Shown here piece after piece: positions 28,010-39,051 of a stretch of DNA of 64,000 nucleotides. The DNA is taken from positions 110,100 to 174,099 of the forward strand of contig OZ243985.1 of NCBI GenBank assembly GCA_965214895.1. Direction: 5' to 3'. Below the pieces are notes generated by a model. It was not told the DNA's origin. It saw only the letters and a program-made list of their open reading frames with translations, and searched no databases. The stretch comes from Caldilineaceae bacterium. Its GTDB lineage: Bacteria; Chloroflexota; Anaerolineae; Caldilineales; Caldilineaceae. Every line of letters begins with the position of its first letter. Position 1 is the first letter of the stretch. The translations under genes and the position numbers were made by a program.

Positions 28010-29291
28010 TGTGTGAACCGCAACTACGTCTGCACGATCGGGGGCAGGCGTCTTCGGCTTGCCAGGGACCCTTTGGCAGGACGCCGCACGGGGCGCTCTC
28101 ATCATGGACCTTGCGTTGCCCCTGCATGTCGCGCGGGTTCCCTCGAGCGGCTCTGGCCATGTCTTTGACGCGCCTTTCTGCCCGGTTGGCGTTTTCGTTG
28201 GGTCCAGGCCCTGTGCATGGATAAATCCGCGGCATCAGAATGCATGTGGGATCGGCTTCTGCCACAGAGAAGCTGCCGGACGGCACGACGGATCCGGACC
28301 GAGGCCGTGCACACCCGCCGGGAACCCGTGCGGCAAGAGGTCCCCCAGTGGGCAGGCCACCCGCCGATCCGCCACGATCGGATGGGGCTGCAAGAGGTGC
28401 GGGACATGCAGGCCCCACACAGCCCGTCATGACAGGGCGCAGCGAGAACATGGAGACGATCAACCAAGTGGCCATGGGAAGACACTGGGGGATATCGACA
28501 GGGAACCAGGCACACTGCAGTGGTCACAACCCACATTCCCACCGGATCACAGTTGGCGGCCCGACAGGACATGACAACCTGGAAAGCAGACTCATGTGCT
28601 GGAGAGTCGGTATTTGCCTTGCGTTGCTCGCCCTTCGGGAGGACGGGTGGTGCTGGGCCTTGCACATCCATGGCCTTTTGCAGTCCGGCGCGGGGCGGAG
28701 GCGGGTTTCAGACCGGTCCTGCACCACCGGCTCTCCTGTCACCCCGTCTCAGAGCCATGGAGCTGGAAGGGCCAGAAGTCAGCCCGGGTGACAGATTTCC
28801 CGGCTCTCGCGCCGAGGCAAGCCGGCTGGGAGTGTGGCATCCCTGATCCGGCAGAAGCGGTGGTGCGGTCACGGGATCCTGACATGGGCACGCGGACCGG
28901 ATGCACGGCCTGCCGCTGCACAGGCAGAGGGCCTTCTTGGCTGGGTCGAAGACCATCCTCCAGATCCGACAGTGTGCTGCCCCTCCAGCATTGAGGCCCA
29001 ACAGCCTGATGTCCGACCCTCCAGGCTCTCGGAACTGCTGCCAGACAACCCGTGAACCGTGAATGACAGGAGATGTGTTGAGAACAGCGGAGAAAGGAAA
29101 ACCCAACGCGCAGGGACCACGTTGACTCACGGGCCCACCGGCAGGACTTCCCCTGCATCGCGAATCGGGTCATACCGCAAGCAAAGGGAATGCAATGTCA
29201 GATCCGAGGGCAACGGAATGCGGCCCGGAGATCACCCTCTGTCCTGCGCCGAGATGCCTCCATCGGACCGCATCCTGCATTCCCGCGGAGG

Positions 29292-30104
29292 CTATCCCCG
29301 CGCGGGTTCCGTCATCTCGGAGCGTGCCTTGGCGGCCAAGGCAGGAAGATGAGATTCGTGAGCCATGACCTGACTCAGGTGCCTCATGCGCTGGGGCGAT
29401 GCCGAACTGCGCATCAGGTCGCTATGCATCTGTTCCTTCCAGAACCGGGCGCCGGACGCCACAAAGGCTTCCAGATCCTGAATCTCGGCGTCGGTGGTGC
29501 AATGGGCACAGCAATTGATGGTAAACATGCGTCGATGGGTGTCTCCGCCAAAGGAGGCATGCATCAGATTGTGGTTGAAGGCCACGACGTCTCCCGGCCT
29601 GGTCTCCAAGGCCACGTGGGGTACGTGCTCCTGGGATACTCCCCACAGCTCCTCCGCGTCGCGCGCGCGACGGGCCTCCCAGTCCTTGTAGTCGATGACA
29701 TGGGTGCCCGGAATCACACGCAAACATCCAGTGTGCGCTGTCAACGGATCCAGGTAGAACGCCACCTTAAGATATTCGCCGACCACATGATGCCCGTCAC
29801 TGTGCCAGCGAGTGTCTCCGGTGTAGAAATTGCCGTCGCCGCCCAGGTAGTTGAAATCCTCTCCCAGCAGACTCGCGATCAATCCGTGGATGGCAGGGTG
29901 ATCGATCAGGGTGCAGAGCCGCTCTCTCTGATCAATGAACGGCACAATACAGGAACGTTGCGTGCCCTCGTGAGGTCGTTCGCTATGGGCGAAAATGTCT
30001 TCGAAATCCTCAATGATCCAGGCGATTTCCGCCTCCATGAGACCGGGCAGCGCCACATAACCGAACGTTTCGAAAAAGCGTGTCTGCTGTGCAGTCAGTC
30101 TCAT
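29292..30104 (-). CDS. Phytanoyl-CoA dioxygenase (PhyH) family Fe(II)/2-oxoglutarate oxygenase
   Basis: ATG 30102-30104 is preceded by GGGGAAGG. Motifs 'GDTRWHSDGHH', 'LRVIPGTH', 'GDVVAFNHNLMHAS'. Confidence 0.8.
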   Translation of the reverse strand: MRLTAQQTRFFETFGYVALPGLMEAEIAWIIEDFEDIFAHSERPHEGTQRSCIVPFIDQRERLCTLIDHPAIHGLIASLLGEDFNYLGGDGNFYTGDTRWHSDGHHVVGEYLKVAFYLDPLTAHTGCLRVIPGTHVIDYKDWEARRARDAEELWGVSQEHVPHVALETRPGDVVAFNHNLMHASFGGDTHRRMFTINCCAHCTTDAEIQDLEAFVASGARFWKEQMHSDLMRSSASPQRMRHLSQVMAHESHLPALAAKARSEMTEPARG

Positions 30105-30412
30105 GGAACCTTCCCCTTTTCTGTAAATGACCAGAGCCGCCCTGGCCGCAGGGAGCCCCACACGCTGCCGGGCCGGCGACCATGCACAAAGTCACTCTAA
30201 CACAGCGCGAGTCGGCTTCTGTGGCCAAGGCCATCGGCAAACGCGTGGTGGCATGTGACTGTCTTGGGCCGGTTTCCCGCAATCGCCTCTTGGGCCGGTT
30301 GCAGGTCGCGGTTTGCGAAGTTCACAGGCGTGGTGCCATGGAATGGTGCAGACACCGCCCTGAACGCCTGCAGGCGGTTCAGGATGGCACCTGAATTTTC
30401 AAATCACGGAGC

Positions 30413-30898
30413 TCAAGTCATGAATCGCAGCTGGACTTCCCCGTCGCAGTCATCGAAACCATAGAAACTGGTCCTCTGCGCAGGCGCTTCCAGGAATCTC
30501 TGCAAAGGAAGCAGGTTGACCGGGTTGGACAGGGTCCATTGCAGTTCTGCCATGGGCACAAACCCGGCGCCTCTGACATACTCATCATCGCCCACTGCCA
30601 ATTCACCGCGCGCGTTGCGGACCTGAAACGCAAGAACCAAGCCTTCCTCCCTGCGCGATGTCACCTGGTTCTGCAGCACATGGGCCAGCCGACCACGCTC
30701 GACTGTCTCGAGGCTGGTTTCCTCCCGAAACGCGCGCTGGAGCGCATCCATGACGCTCTCCTCTGGCTCGACCACTCCGCCCGGCAGGGTCCATTCAGTG
30801 TGGTCCCCCCACTGGTTTTCCACCAGCAGTACACACCCGTCCCGCACCAGAATGCCGGCAGCAATCACGAATCGCCTGAAGGGCCTGTCCATGTCCAC
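30413..30898 (-). CDS. NUDIX hydrolase
   Basis: Nudix box 'GGVVEPEESVMDALQRAFREETSL'. The start is GTG 30898 or ATG 30892. Confidence 0.9.
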   Translation of the reverse strand: MDMDRPFRRFVIAAGILVRDGCVLLVENQWGDHTEWTLPGGVVEPEESVMDALQRAFREETSLETVERGRLAHVLQNQVTSRREEGLVLAFQVRNARGELAVGDDEYVRGAGFVPMAELQWTLSNPVNLLPLQRFLEAPAQRTSFYGFDDCDGEVQLRFMT

Positions 30899-31274
30899 TG
30901 GCTACCGCTTCATACCAGAGGCCTGTCGGCCCATGTCTTTGTCTTTCCCCGGTGGGGAACACCAGACGGGCCAAGGCGTCCTCAGGGCTGCACCGGGCCG
31001 CTTCGGCCCACGGACCGGGTCATCCCCGGCTCAAAGGAACCCCCTCCCGTGTCCAGGATTCATGACTCTGCTGTCTGGCACACGCATTGTGCTCAGTGCC
31101 TTCCCACGCACAACTCCTGAAGGAATGGCTCTCACGGTTTCCGCACAGCACCGGCATTGACTTGACTGCCGGCGTCGGCTACCTTTCCGCCCTATGGGAC
31201 AGGGCAATCCGGCCTCCGGAGGCGCGTGCGCAGCCACAGATCCAGGATGCTGCCGTTGCAGCGGCAGGGATCGC

Positions 31275-32123
31275 CTAGGAGTGCAGCAGATTCGGCTCGC
31301 GCGGCAGCAGCCTGTGCGGATTCACAATGGAGCGGCGGGCCGGGGTCAATCGCGCCACCAGTTCCGGGGAAGCCTCATAGCCGTGTCGGAACATGCCCCA
31401 GGAAGGACCGTACCGGTATACCACAATGCGGCGGCAACCTGGAGTTACGCGCTTGGCGGACCCGTGTGCCAGGGCATCCACGAACAGCAACACATCGCCG
31501 GCCTGCATGAACAGCTCCACGGCCCCTTCCACCTCGTCCACCGAGGCATCCTTCTGCATCTTGTACTTCTCGAATTGCGGATGGGCAAAATGGGACTTGT
31601 GGCTGCCAGGCACCACCATGGTGGCTCCGTCACCCGGCCCAATGTCGGTCAGAGCCATCAGGATGTCGATCTGTCCGCAGTGAAACTGGCCATTGAAGAA
31701 TCGGAACTGGGTGCGCTTCACGCCCGTGTGTCCTCCCGAGTGCAAGCCGATGGCCTCCCCCGGCTCCCGGAAGTTGGCAAAATTCTCGTCTATGAAGAGA
31801 TCCCCGTGGTTGTAGTCGAAGGTGCCCGCCCCGCCCACGAAGTGTCGCACCTTGTCTATCCAGGCCGGGTGATCGATCAGCCTCTCAAAGGGTCCGCCGG
31901 CTTCATAAATCTGCTGCAGGTTCAGACCGTCGGTCTCTCCATACTTGTGCCCGTGAATATGGCCGTACCACTCCCCCTGCTGGATGGGGGGCAGGGCATC
32001 GAGCGTGGCGTTCAGTTCCTTCACTTCATCCTGGGACAGCGCGCCTTGCAAATGCAGATAGCCACGCAGGTCAAAGAGATAGATCTCCATGTCAGAGGGG
32101 CCGTGGGCCAGTTCAGCATCCAT
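31275..32123 (-). CDS. Phytanoyl-CoA dioxygenase (PhyH) family protein, second copy
   Basis: ATG 32121-32123 ('MDAELAHG...'). Motifs 'IGLHSGGH', 'TMVVPGSHKS', 'GDVLLFVDALAHGS'. The upstream 52 codons of the track ORF are not coding-like. Confidence 0.75.
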   Translation of the reverse strand: MDAELAHGPSDMEIYLFDLRGYLHLQGALSQDEVKELNATLDALPPIQQGEWYGHIHGHKYGETDGLNLQQIYEAGGPFERLIDHPAWIDKVRHFVGGAGTFDYNHGDLFIDENFANFREPGEAIGLHSGGHTGVKRTQFRFFNGQFHCGQIDILMALTDIGPGDGATMVVPGSHKSHFAHPQFEKYKMQKDASVDEVEGAVELFMQAGDVLLFVDALAHGSAKRVTPGCRRIVVYRYGPSWGMFRHGYEASPELVARLTPARRSIVNPHRLLPREPNLLHS

Positions 32124-32527
32124 ATTTGAGAGTCTCCATAAGCGCCTTGCACAGTTGAGTGGACAATGGCCGCGGTGGCAGCCGCGGCCAAGGTTCCAGA
32201 CGTTGCCAGATCCCGGCCATAGAGGATGAAGCAACGTACACCTGGCCGCCTGCGGCAACAGCCCAACCAATGCTATCACGATCTTCCGCAGGCCGGAGGC
32301 GAGGCTCCGTAGCAGCCGACGCCTGCATGATACGCAGGCGCCACCATGGGAGAATGCCTTCGCGGTTCCGGGCAGCCCGCTCTTGTTTGCCGGTACCGCC
32401 CAGGGTGCCCTGGGTGTGGGTCAGCCGGTTGAGGATCAAGCGGCTCCCGAGGATCCTGGTCTCGGGTCCGCGGCGCGAGTGCAGACGGGAGCGGACGGGC
32501 CCAATCTCCATGTCTCACCGCGCAGGC

Positions 32528-33322
32528 TCACGGTCGCGCGTGCTCTTCTGTCACCCCCTGCACCGCGCTCCGCCTGCGGGCCACCATAAAGCCTTCCTGC
32601 AGCCCGAAGGTCAGGCCTCCGTCTTCGCGACGCGGCTGCAGAAAGCCTCGGGCCGGCCCGGTTGCCAGATCCAGCAGGGCGCGCAAATATCCCTGCATGA
32701 TCGTGTCATGGCGACTGGCCCAAGAACCGAACTTCATGCGCTTGCCCAGAATCTCCAGATGGGTCAAGGCCAATCCCTGGTCGGCCAGCGCGGCCTGCCA
32801 CTGGCCAACGCTCAGGCATTGGCGGTGACTGGGATCGCGCAGCTTTTCAAAGGCGTTGACAAAGTCTCCCGCCACTCCCTCCGGCACCACGTTGTCGATG
32901 ACAACCAGATATCCCGGGTCTTTCAGTATCCGCCTGCAGCCGGCCAGGAAGGCCGGAACGTCTGCAAAGTGGTGGGCGGCGATGCGACAGGTGATGCAGT
33001 CAAAGCGGTCGGTGGAATACGCCAGATCCTCAGCGGCGGCAGCCTCCACCTGCACGTTCTCCAGACCGCGCTCGGCCACTCCGGCGCGGGTCAGGTCCAG
33101 CATCTCCGGCGTAATGTCGGTCGCGATGACCCGGGCCACGTGCGGAGCCAGGGCAAATGCCGTATGGCCGGCTCCGGTAGCCACGTCCAAGGCCTGCCAA
33201 TGTGCCTCAAGAGGCACTACATCCACCAGCCGCTGCAGGCTGGCTCCCTGGGCATGCGTTTCGTGAGTGACATAGAAACGGGCGTTGGCCCCAAACTGTT
33301 CCTGCACGGATTGAGATGACAT
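32528..33322 (-). CDS. Class I SAM-dependent methyltransferase (Methyltransf_11 / UbiE-like)
   Basis: ATG 33320-33322 ('MSSQSVQEQF'). Motif I 'ALDVATGAGHTA', plus 'VIATDITPEM' and 'FDCITCRIAAHHF'. Confidence 0.85.
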   Translation of the reverse strand: MSSQSVQEQFGANARFYVTHETHAQGASLQRLVDVVPLEAHWQALDVATGAGHTAFALAPHVARVIATDITPEMLDLTRAGVAERGLENVQVEAAAAEDLAYSTDRFDCITCRIAAHHFADVPAFLAGCRRILKDPGYLVVIDNVVPEGVAGDFVNAFEKLRDPSHRQCLSVGQWQAALADQGLALTHLEILGKRMKFGSWASRHDTIMQGYLRALLDLATGPARGFLQPRREDGGLTFGLQEGFMVARRRSAVQGVTEEHARP

Positions 33323-33447
33323 TGCGCGCCTTGCCTCTGCTGCTGAAACCCGCGGCTGCAGGCCGGGACCCAAACCCTGCGTCCCCATGCCCCATTCTAC
33401 GCGGGGACCAAGCTCCCCACGGTCCGGCAGAGACAGCCCGCCTCCGG

Positions 33448-35049
33448 CTACGCCGGTCCGAAGAGAAAAAGGCGGATGCTGCGGAAATGCCATTCACCCA
33501 GGATGGGCCGATGCCGATCCAGCGTGCTGAGGGTCAGTCCGTCCGGGTCCGTGTACCAGTCGTGCGAGTAGACCAGCCAGATGCGCCCCAGACCCGCCAG
33601 GCGGGCCAGCGAGAGCCGGGCATTCTCCGGGGTCATGCGCGGCTCGGCCACCTGGCCACTGAACACGGCCTCGGGCAAGGGCCATTCCGTCAGCACATGG
33701 CCGCGCATCCGATTGTAGTGGTACATGAAAGGCAGCTGCACCCAGCCCGCTTGAAACACCACCGAATCCCCCGGCTCCGCAAGATAGGCCACTTCGGCGG
33801 CCGCATCCCGCCAGGCTTCCCGTTCTCCATGGGCGTGATACTCCACAATGCCCCAGATCTGCAGCAGGGCCATGGCCAGCACCAGGGCCACTTGGCCGAC
33901 CGGTTGCAGTTTCTCCTGCCACAACGCCCCCAGGCCTGAAGCCGACCCGCCCCTGTCCACCCTTTGCAGCGGTCCCGCCACCCCGGCCGCCACCAGCATG
34001 TACAGAGGCACACAGATGTAGTTGAAGCTGCGGACATGCCACAGGGGCCGGAACCAGTCCGCACTCAAGGCGACGGCCATGGGCGTAAAGAACAGCGCCA
34101 AGGCCAACGTCAACGGCACCGGCCGCGGGCGCAGCCGCACTGCGCCCAGCAGGGCCAGAAGCAGCAGGGCCGCGACCGGCACCGCCAATTCCGGCTCGGA
34201 GATCGGCAGATAGGCAAAGGCCATGCGCGAGATGGCGGCCCAGATTTCCCAGCTGCCCGTGGGCTGAATCCAGAACTCCTCCACCACGCGCCGGACCTGT
34301 GTCAGGAACGAACCCAACCACGGCAACCACAGCAGAACCACCATGACCTGGGAGACACCCCAATTGAAGCCCAGGCCCCGGCTGCTCACACCCGGAAAGT
34401 CTCCAAACTCCCCCCGCCGCCGGCGCAACCACAGCAGCCACAACAGGGTGACATTGAAGGAGGCAGCCAGATACAGGCCGCCCGCGCTATGGGTGTGCAG
34501 CGCTAGGCCTTGCAGCAAGACCAGGCCCCACCAGAAGGGGCGTGCCTCGTCCAGTTCCTCCTGCTTGAGGATGCTGACCAGACAGATGCCGGCCAGCACC
34601 GCCCAGAACGTCAGCAGGGCATACATGCGGGTATCCTGCGCCACCTGCAGCTGGAAAGGGGACAGGGCGAAGAGGAGGGCTGCCAAAAACGCAGTGCGCC
34701 GGCGGGTCAGCAGCAGCGTGAACACATAGACAGCGGGCACGGTCAAGGCGCCCAGCAAGGCCGAAGGCAGGCGCAGGTCCACGAGATCCGTGCCCAGGAC
34801 CCGGGTCCAGAGCAACAGCATTTGATAGTAGAGGGGCGGATGCACATCCCACTGCCGCACAAAGGCAGCCAGTTCCGGCAGCGAATTGCGTGTGACGAAC
34901 TCCACGCTGATGGCCTCGTCCAGGTGAATGGCGTGTTGCGCCAGTCCGGAAAAGCGCACCAGCACACCGACCAAGGTCACCAGGGACAGCTGGAACAGCA
35001 TTTCGCGAGTGTGACGCACGTAGCGGCGATCAAAGACAAGAGGGGCCAT
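33448..35049 (-). CDS. GT-C fold glycosyltransferase (family 39 / ArnT-PMT-like membrane protein)
   Basis: 533-aa multi-pass membrane protein with an early loop motif 'HLDEAISVEF', many hydrophobic helices and a soluble C-terminal domain. ATG at 35047-35049. Confidence 0.75.
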   Translation of the reverse strand: MAPLVFDRRYVRHTREMLFQLSLVTLVGVLVRFSGLAQHAIHLDEAISVEFVTRNSLPELAAFVRQWDVHPPLYYQMLLLWTRVLGTDLVDLRLPSALLGALTVPAVYVFTLLLTRRRTAFLAALLFALSPFQLQVAQDTRMYALLTFWAVLAGICLVSILKQEELDEARPFWWGLVLLQGLALHTHSAGGLYLAASFNVTLLWLLWLRRRRGEFGDFPGVSSRGLGFNWGVSQVMVVLLWLPWLGSFLTQVRRVVEEFWIQPTGSWEIWAAISRMAFAYLPISEPELAVPVAALLLLALLGAVRLRPRPVPLTLALALFFTPMAVALSADWFRPLWHVRSFNYICVPLYMLVAAGVAGPLQRVDRGGSASGLGALWQEKLQPVGQVALVLAMALLQIWGIVEYHAHGEREAWRDAAAEVAYLAEPGDSVVFQAGWVQLPFMYHYNRMRGHVLTEWPLPEAVFSGQVAEPRMTPENARLSLARLAGLGRIWLVYSHDWYTDPDGLTLSTLDRHRPILGEWHFRSIRLFLFGPA

Positions 35050-35209
35050 GGGGCAGGGACGGAAGGAAGGATAGAATCAAACACATCAGGACAGCGGCCG
35101 GTGGCCGCAGCCGACTTGGGTCTGCCTGTGGCGGCACCACGCTCCAGCCAGTGCAGCCCCCAGGACATGGCTGCCGGCCACTGAGGTCCAAACCTCGAGG
35201 AGCAGCGGA

Positions 35210-36196
35210 ATGAATACCCAAGTACGGTTTACAGCGCCGGGTACAGTGGAACTGGCATCCACCGAGATGCCGGTCTGTCAGCCCGACCAGCTTCTCATCC
35301 GCATCCTCTGTTCCCTGATCAGTCCCGGCACAGAGAGAGCCTTTCTCATGGGCATGGACAACACTTCGCAGCAATACCCGATGGAGGCAGGTTATAGCAC
35401 AGTGGCCGAGATTGTCGAGTGCGGCCCTGACACCCAGGGATGGCACGTGGGCCAGCGCGTCGCGGTTCCCATTCCGCACCAGCGGGTGGCGGCGGTGCCT
35501 GCCACCCGTTGCCACTTGCTGCCCGACCATCTGGACAGCCGCACCGCCGCCTTCTTCTATCTGGGAGCCATTGCCTTGCAAGGCATTCGCAAGGCCCGCA
35601 TTGAACTGGGAGAGGGCGTAGCCGTGCTGGGAGCCGGCATCGTGGGTCTGCTGGCCATGCAGTGGGCCCGTCTCAATGGAGCCATGCCCGCTCTGACCCT
35701 GGATGTGCAGGACACGCGTCTGGCCCTGGCGGAGCAGCTGGGCGCGGACGCGGCCCTGCACATGACCGGAGACTACATGGCCCAGGTTCAGGCATGGTGC
35801 AGTGGTGCCAAGCCGCAAGTGGTGGTGGATGCCACCGGCCATCCCGCGGCCGTGACGTCCGCCTTTGATATCATCGCGCCCTGCGGCCGGCTGGTATTGC
35901 TGGGCAGTACCCGCGGCAACACGCCGGATGTCAATTTCTACCGGGACGTGCACAAGACCGGTCTGACCTTGATTGGGGCCCACAATTCCATTCGCCCCGC
36001 TCAGGACCGCAGACCGGGCCTGTGGACCATCCGGGAGGACGAAGCGCTGGCCCTGCGCTGTTTGGCCGCTGGTCGGCTGCAGGCGGATCCGCTGGTCTCC
36101 CACACCTTCTCCTGGGAGGACGCCCCTGCGGCCTATGCCGAACTCAAGGCAGCCCAGGCGTCCACGCTCGGCATCATGCTAGAATGGGCCGCCTGA
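35210..36196 (+). CDS. Medium-chain (zinc-type) alcohol dehydrogenase family oxidoreductase
   Basis: ATG 35210 after GAGGAG. Motifs 'SLISPGTE' and Rossmann 'VAVLGAGIVGLLA', plus 'VVVDATGHPAA'. Confidence 0.85.
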   Translation: MNTQVRFTAPGTVELASTEMPVCQPDQLLIRILCSLISPGTERAFLMGMDNTSQQYPMEAGYSTVAEIVECGPDTQGWHVGQRVAVPIPHQRVAAVPATRCHLLPDHLDSRTAAFFYLGAIALQGIRKARIELGEGVAVLGAGIVGLLAMQWARLNGAMPALTLDVQDTRLALAEQLGADAALHMTGDYMAQVQAWCSGAKPQVVVDATGHPAAVTSAFDIIAPCGRLVLLGSTRGNTPDVNFYRDVHKTGLTLIGAHNSIRPAQDRRPGLWTIREDEALALRCLAAGRLQADPLVSHTFSWEDAPAAYAELKAAQASTLGIMLEWAA

Positions 36197-36247
36197 GCGG
36201 GTCCTGGATATCCTGCCGGCCGGACCGATGTAGAAGGTGGTGTCACA

Positions 36248-36730
36248 ATGGCCACAGGCAAACTGGAAGGCATCTGGCTCAAGACGGCCAAGGGTGGCCC
36301 CATGCAGCAGGTTTCGGCCGCGTCCCTCGTGAAAGGACAAGGGATCCGGGACAGCGCGGACTTTGGCGGCAGGCGACAGGTCACCATCATTGAAAAGGAA
36401 AGCTGGGACTGGCTGTGCGCTCAGATGGGACGGGACCTGGACCCGTCGGTGCGCCGGGCCAACCTCATGGTCAGTGGGGTGCGGTTGCTGGACACCGCAT
36501 CCCAAGTACTGCAGGTGGGCCGTGTCCGCATCCAGGTGCAAGGGGAAACCCAACCCTGCCACATGATGGATCGGGCCTGTTCCGGACTGCGCGCGCAAAT
36601 GGCCCTCATGTGGCGAGGCGGAGTCTGGGGTGATGTGCTGGACGAGGGCCAGATCCAGGTCGGAGATGAGGTGGATTGGGCCACGGCCCAAGTTTTCGCC
36701 CAAATACAGGGAGCGCTCCCCCATCCCTGA
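36248..36730 (+). CDS. MOSC domain-containing protein
   Basis: 160-aa ORF. Motifs 'GIRDSADFGGRRQVTIIEKE' and conserved Cys context 'GETQPCHMMD'. Confidence 0.85.
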   Translation: MATGKLEGIWLKTAKGGPMQQVSAASLVKGQGIRDSADFGGRRQVTIIEKESWDWLCAQMGRDLDPSVRRANLMVSGVRLLDTASQVLQVGRVRIQVQGETQPCHMMDRACSGLRAQMALMWRGGVWGDVLDEGQIQVGDEVDWATAQVFAQIQGALPHP

Positions 36731-37163
36731 GACATGCTGCCCTCGCAAGGCTGAGAGGCGTGGGCGGATGTGTCGCCCACGGCCCTGGGCAGCAGGCCCG
36801 ATACGGAGAGGGGCGGCTATGGGCGGGTGATCCGGGAGTGACAGGTGCCGCCGCGCGGCGGTGGCCCCCCTGGGACATGATTCCCCATGATCGACCGTCC
36901 CAGTCCACGGTCTGCCAACCCTTTGCCCAGGGGCGCCACGACGGTACCTGGCAGCGCATGAGGGCCAGTGTGCGGCCACCGGTACGCGCGGCCGCGGGGC
37001 GAAACACCGAACCTGCCGCCTGCATCCTGGGACCGCCCGGCCGTAACAACAACCGCAATGGGCAAGGGCAAGGTGCATGAGCCAGCCGACCAGCCCCCGG
37101 CAAGCCGTGTCCAGTGATCTGCCGGCGCGAGGGCCCGCATTGGCTGTCCAACCTGGTCCCAAG

Positions 37164-37190
37164 GCAACACCAGGTTCGACCTGGTGTTGC
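37164..37190. terminator. Perfect 12-bp stem hairpin (possible U-tract-less terminator)
   Basis: GCAACACCAGGT-tcg-ACCTGGTGTTGC lies 55 nt downstream of the minus-strand oxidoreductase stop. There is no flanking T/A tract, so function is uncertain. Confidence 0.3.
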
Positions 37191-37244
37191 GCGCATGCCA
37201 ATGCTGACGCCCCCCAGGGCCACGTTCAGAGCATTGACGTTGGC

Positions 37245-38420
37245 TTACGCGTAGGTTTGGAAGAAATCATGCACCTCTCGATTCACCGGCGGCACGTCAA
37301 TGGGGATCCCTTTCATGCGCAGCGACTCCGTAGCGCAGCAGCCGGCAGCGACGCTGTAGCGAGAGGCCAACGGCGACGTGCTGGCTTTGGCGTCCCCGCG
37401 GACAACCCCCAGGAATTCATCCACGATTCTGGGGTCGGCGCCACCGTGGCCGCCCGCCATGGACTCCAGGGGAAAGGACTGGTCGGCACGCGCGTCGTAA
37501 CCCCAGCGCCGTCTGTTCCACACCTTTATGACCGTGCCTTCCTCTCCATTGCCAAAATTTTCCAGTCTGCCCTCAGTCCCAATCACGGTGTAGTTGCGCC
37601 AATAGTCCGGCGTGAAATGACACTGTTGGTAACATGCCAGCACCCCGTTGTCCAATGTCATGTGCATCATGCTGACATCTTCGATATCCACTGTCGGATG
37701 GAGGCCGGTCTGCGTCAGTGGAGGCCAGTTTGCCAGATTGTGCTTGGGCCGGTGTCGAGGCCGGTCATTGCGGTCCGTGATCCGGTTGTAGAGCGTCAGG
37801 TCCCCCATGGCATTGACGGTGCGGCTGAAGGCGCCGCAGAGCCAGTGCAAAATGTCGATGTCATGCGTGGCTTTCTGCAAGAGCATGCCTGTCGACAGCC
37901 TGCGGTCTGCATGCCAGTCCTTAAAGTAAAAGTCCCCGCCATGCCCTACGAAGTGGCGGCACCAAGCCGTCTTGACCTCGCCGATCACACCGGCGTCAAT
38001 CAGTTCCTTCATCTTCAGGACAAACCCCATGTGGCGCATGTTGTGCCCCAGGTACAGTCTGCCGTGCGTCTCCTTTGCCTGTTGCAGAATGTCGTCGCAG
38101 TCGGCAATGGTAATGGCCATCGGCTTTTCGAGATAGATGGCCATGCCCGCGTGCAGAGCCGCGGTGGCATGCGCATGATGCAGGAAATCGGGCGAGCAAA
38201 TGAACACCGCATCCAAGTCTCTCGCCAGAAGCGCGTGATAGTCCGAGGTCGTGAAAACGGTGTCTCCATATCGGGCGCGGCACTGGGCCAGCACGGATTC
38301 CCGGACATCGCAACAGGCCGCTATGCGGGAACCGCGACCGGGTCTGTGCGCATGGGCCGCCAGAAATCCCCGGCCGCCCGCGCCAATCACGCCTATGCGC
38401 AAATCAGGCTTGGCACACAT
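37245..38420 (-). CDS. Gfo/Idh/MocA family oxidoreductase
   Basis: ATG 38418-38420 ('MCAKPDLRIGVIGAGGRG'). Motifs 'YLEKPMA' and 'GEVKTAW'. The upstream 73 codons of the track ORF are not coding-like. Confidence 0.85.
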   Translation of the reverse strand: MCAKPDLRIGVIGAGGRGFLAAHAHRPGRGSRIAACCDVRESVLAQCRARYGDTVFTTSDYHALLARDLDAVFICSPDFLHHAHATAALHAGMAIYLEKPMAITIADCDDILQQAKETHGRLYLGHNMRHMGFVLKMKELIDAGVIGEVKTAWCRHFVGHGGDFYFKDWHADRRLSTGMLLQKATHDIDILHWLCGAFSRTVNAMGDLTLYNRITDRNDRPRHRPKHNLANWPPLTQTGLHPTVDIEDVSMMHMTLDNGVLACYQQCHFTPDYWRNYTVIGTEGRLENFGNGEEGTVIKVWNRRRWGYDARADQSFPLESMAGGHGGADPRIVDEFLGVVRGDAKASTSPLASRYSVAAGCCATESLRMKGIPIDVPPVNREVHDFFQTYA

Positions 38421-39051
38421 AGGGCCCAAGACGGGTGCAGGATCATGATTGGCACTCCCCCAAACCGTCGGGCACCTTGGCACAGCTGCCACGGCACAAT
38501 GGACGAAGGCTGGAGAAGGTGATTTCTGTCTTCGCGGCCAGACTGTCAGGAGCAGTCTGACGTGGCCGATTCTACAACACCCTCCGCACCCCCACCTCGG
38601 GCCCGTGGGCGTCTGGATATGCACGTCTCGAGGAAGCACTCACGACACTGTGTTGTTTGTACAACTCCCTGCTTGACAGGAAACAGTCCTTGTAGCCGAT
38701 GTCTGGCAGCCAGACATCCGTGCCAAGTTGCGCTCTTCGTGCAGTCCCAGCGCATACCGCGCAGGGGAGACGGTGCGCCGGCCCGGGGCCCGCAGGACGC
38801 CCACCCGCAGCCGCTGGACCTTGATCCCGGTCCGGACCGGAAAGAGCGGCGCAAACGGCTGCAGGCGGGCACACGGGCCCTGGGATGGCACTTGCTTGGG
38901 GCCATGGTGCCCGCCTGCCTTTCTTGGGGCCGTCCCAGTCTGTTTTGTACAGGGCCGAGCTGGCCTACAATTACGATGGTCAACGGGTTGACCATCCGGC
39001 AGGCGGGTACAACCCACCGCACCGGACAGCCGCCTTGCAGGAGAATCAGCC

